From: Lama glama
Lineage: Eukaryota
DNA length: 64,000 nt
Direction: 5' to 3'
Assembly: GCA_028534125.1 (NCBI GenBank)
Contig: CM052818.1
Location: 8,682,001 to 8,746,000, forward strand
The stretch's first letter is position 1. Each line of letters starts with the position of its first letter. The notes beneath the pieces are model-generated. The model was not told the origin of the DNA, made no database searches, and saw only the letters and a program-made list of their open reading frames with translations. The position numbers were made by a program, and so were the translations under genes. This document shows positions 61,513 through 64,000 of the stretch, piece by piece.

Positions 61513-64000
61513 CAGGAAGGTCCCTGTTTTCCCCACTTTACAGACGAGGACACACTGGCTCAGACTGATAACATAGCGTGCCCAAGGTCCTAATGCTAAT
61601 AAGTCAGAACTCGGGTGCCGAAGCACTGCCTGTGATGCTAAGCTTTTTGTTCTCATGGGGTGTGAACCACGTGCTGCCTGTCAGGTGGCACCTCTCGCAG
61701 TCACCTGCTCTTCCATGTGGTCCCTCCCCCAGACACACAGCTGATTTCCAGAGGGCAAAACCTCTGTGTCCTACCTGATTGCCCCAGATGCTCAGGGCAG
61801 GGTCTGGTGTCCAGAAAGCACTTGTAGACTGAATAGTCCTGGAGGACTGAAGAAGTCATGCGTGTTGGGAGGAGACGTTGGAACTAAAAGAATGTCCAGC
61901 TTCTTTCCTTTCCCCCAGCCCACGATGTCATATGGCCACAGACACACCCAAGTCTGAGAACAAGGGGAGAATGGTGGGCAGGGGGCTCAGGAGAGCAGGT
62001 ACTAGCAGGGGCTTGTAAGCCAGAGGGTGACTGGTGGGAGGAGGTGGGAGAAAGATGGAGAGAAAAGGCAGAGGGAAGAAGAGGGACCATCTTACCCACT
62101 CCATCATTTCACAGATGAAATGGCCAAAGCCATGTCTTAGGGCTTTATTGATTATAATCAGATCCTCAAGCGCAAAGTGGAACTTATTGAAAGGACTCAG
62201 GGAATGAGTTTACTGAACTCGGTAGCAACTGAAGTAGTTACTGAAGGCCTGGAGGGGCCTTTTCAGCTCAAGTGTTTCCCCTGATTACTACGGAGGCATC
62301 TCCTTGCCTCCAAATTCATATTTATCTGTAACTCAACAAATACCTTTATGTGACTGCCAGGTGCTAGCTGCTGGGAATAAGACTGTGAGCAAAACCAGAG
62401 GTCCCCTTGGCACAATGGGGAGGGGTTGGTTTGGTCTGACTTGTCCTCCTGGGTCATGGTTGGAGTGATCTAAGCCAGACTGAGAAGGCAAAGTGAAAAA
62501 CATTCTGAGTGGCATCCTGCATAGGCCAGGGAGGGATGGTGATGTGCTCAAGGTCACACAGGCCTGCAACTTGGGTCTTTTGATGCTGATTTCAGGGCAC
62601 ATTCATCTTTGCTCACTTTTTGATGCAAGGGTCAGTAGGTGGAGGGGCCTGAGGTCAGGGGGTCCTAAGGGTGATGTGAGTGTTTGTGAAGACGTGCATC
62701 CATGTAGGGCCGGGCCAGGGCTGAGGGCAGGGAGCTGGGCGTGTGGGAGGACGGGGGCCAGTCGGAGGACGGGATTGTTCATGAGGAAGCTGAAGGCAGA
62801 AAACACTGAGAATCAGCCATAGGGGGCCAGTTTCAGGCTTCAGTTTCCAGCTCCTGGCTTCTCTGCACCTACAGTACTGTTGGCCCACTGATCTGGCAGC
62901 CAGGCTGCACATTTAGGACCTGAACTCCAGGTGTGCATGGTGAGAGGAGGTGGGAGTGAAGAACAGTGGTGTTGGGTGTGGGGACCAGCATGGGACTAGA
63001 AGTGGCCCTGGGCTCTTGTCCTAGCACTCAGGAAAAAACCCTTCCCCTTTCACACCCCAGTCTGCTCACTGAATGCAAACTGAGGTCTGGCTGAGAGGTT
63101 TTCAGTCTGAATCACCCAGAGATGGGGTGCCAGGGGCCTGGAATGGGATTCAAGGACATGCCTGGCTAACAAGTGCCCTCATGTGGCCCTGGGGCATCCC
63201 CAGTCCTGGGCTACACTTGGACCAACAGCAGACTTGGTCATCTCTGGGGTTCCTCACAGTGTTTCCCTGGAAAAGCCAGTATCCTTGGGTCAAGTTGAGG
63301 GGAGGCCACCATCTTGCAGGAGCCCCTGCCTCTTGGTGTGAGGTGGCCCAGCAGGAGAAGGGGCTGGGCTGCCCTCTTTGGCCCAGCAGGACACCTGCCT
63401 CCAGGGAACCAGTAGTCCAGCTTTGGGGAGCTGAGCTGGAGCAGCAGAACCTCTGTGCTGTCTGTTCAGGTCTCCGAGGTCATGTAGACCTCCATCTCCC
63501 CTTCCCCGGGCTGGCCTGGCCTGGACACTTCAAATGCCAAATAGGCCAAAGCTCATTTGAATATACTTGTACGCCAGAGAGCAGAGTTCAGGGCCTGAGC
63601 CCTGGAAGCACTTGGCATTTTCCCAAATTCCAGGTCAACAAATTGAAGAGACCTAATAGGAGTTCAAGGGGCTAGCCAGAGACCGCAGAGCCCAGTTCCT
63701 CTCTGGGAAATCATGTGCTCACCCATTTATAGCTCTGAATCTCCATTTGTCCTGCTGTGAATGGGTCATCAAAAGCTCCATCTGTCCAAGGTTTCTTAGT
63801 CTGTAAAGCTGTCCCCATCCCCTCAGCCAAAATTACCTGTTTTTTTTTTTCCTACAACTTTGCTAGCTGTTTCAGTGCCCATTTCCTACCACAGTTGAAA
63901 GTAGGGACTGTCCCATTTTTATTTTCCTGGGAGCCTGACACATAGCAGGTGTTCATCAAACTGAACACAGAATTGAATGAGGTAAGGGGGTTAGTCTTCC

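Noticed and set aside
58955..63675. ORFs of 157, 188 and 200 aa in the distal GC-rich region
   Set aside because: Pro/Gly/Trp/Ser-rich translations typical of random GC-rich frames, with no recognisable homology or exon structure.

Overview
Mammalian genomic DNA, most likely camelid: six copies of a tRNA-Ala(AGC)-derived SINE resemble the camelid Vic-1 family. There is one intact protein-coding gene, TMEM17 (+ strand, 4 coding exons, 22266-25887, 198 aa), with a CpG-island promoter carrying an RFX X-box-like motif. A full-length, disabled processed pseudogene of PSMB6 (proteasome beta1) lies at about 41926-42950, nested inside an L1 3' UTR and itself carrying a SINE in its poly(A) tail. The rest is intergenic and repeat-rich: L1, L2, MIR, CR1/L3-like relics, MaLR/ERVL/ERV1 LTRs, Tigger and hAT DNA transposons, microsatellites and two 100-N assembly gaps. 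Repeat subfamily names come from recalled consensus sequences, not from a search. I found no convincing undescribed biological system. The best leads are the nested retro-insertion stacks, a solo LTR with an intact CCAAT-array/octamer/TATA cassette, and a very degraded RT-like relic upstream of TMEM17.
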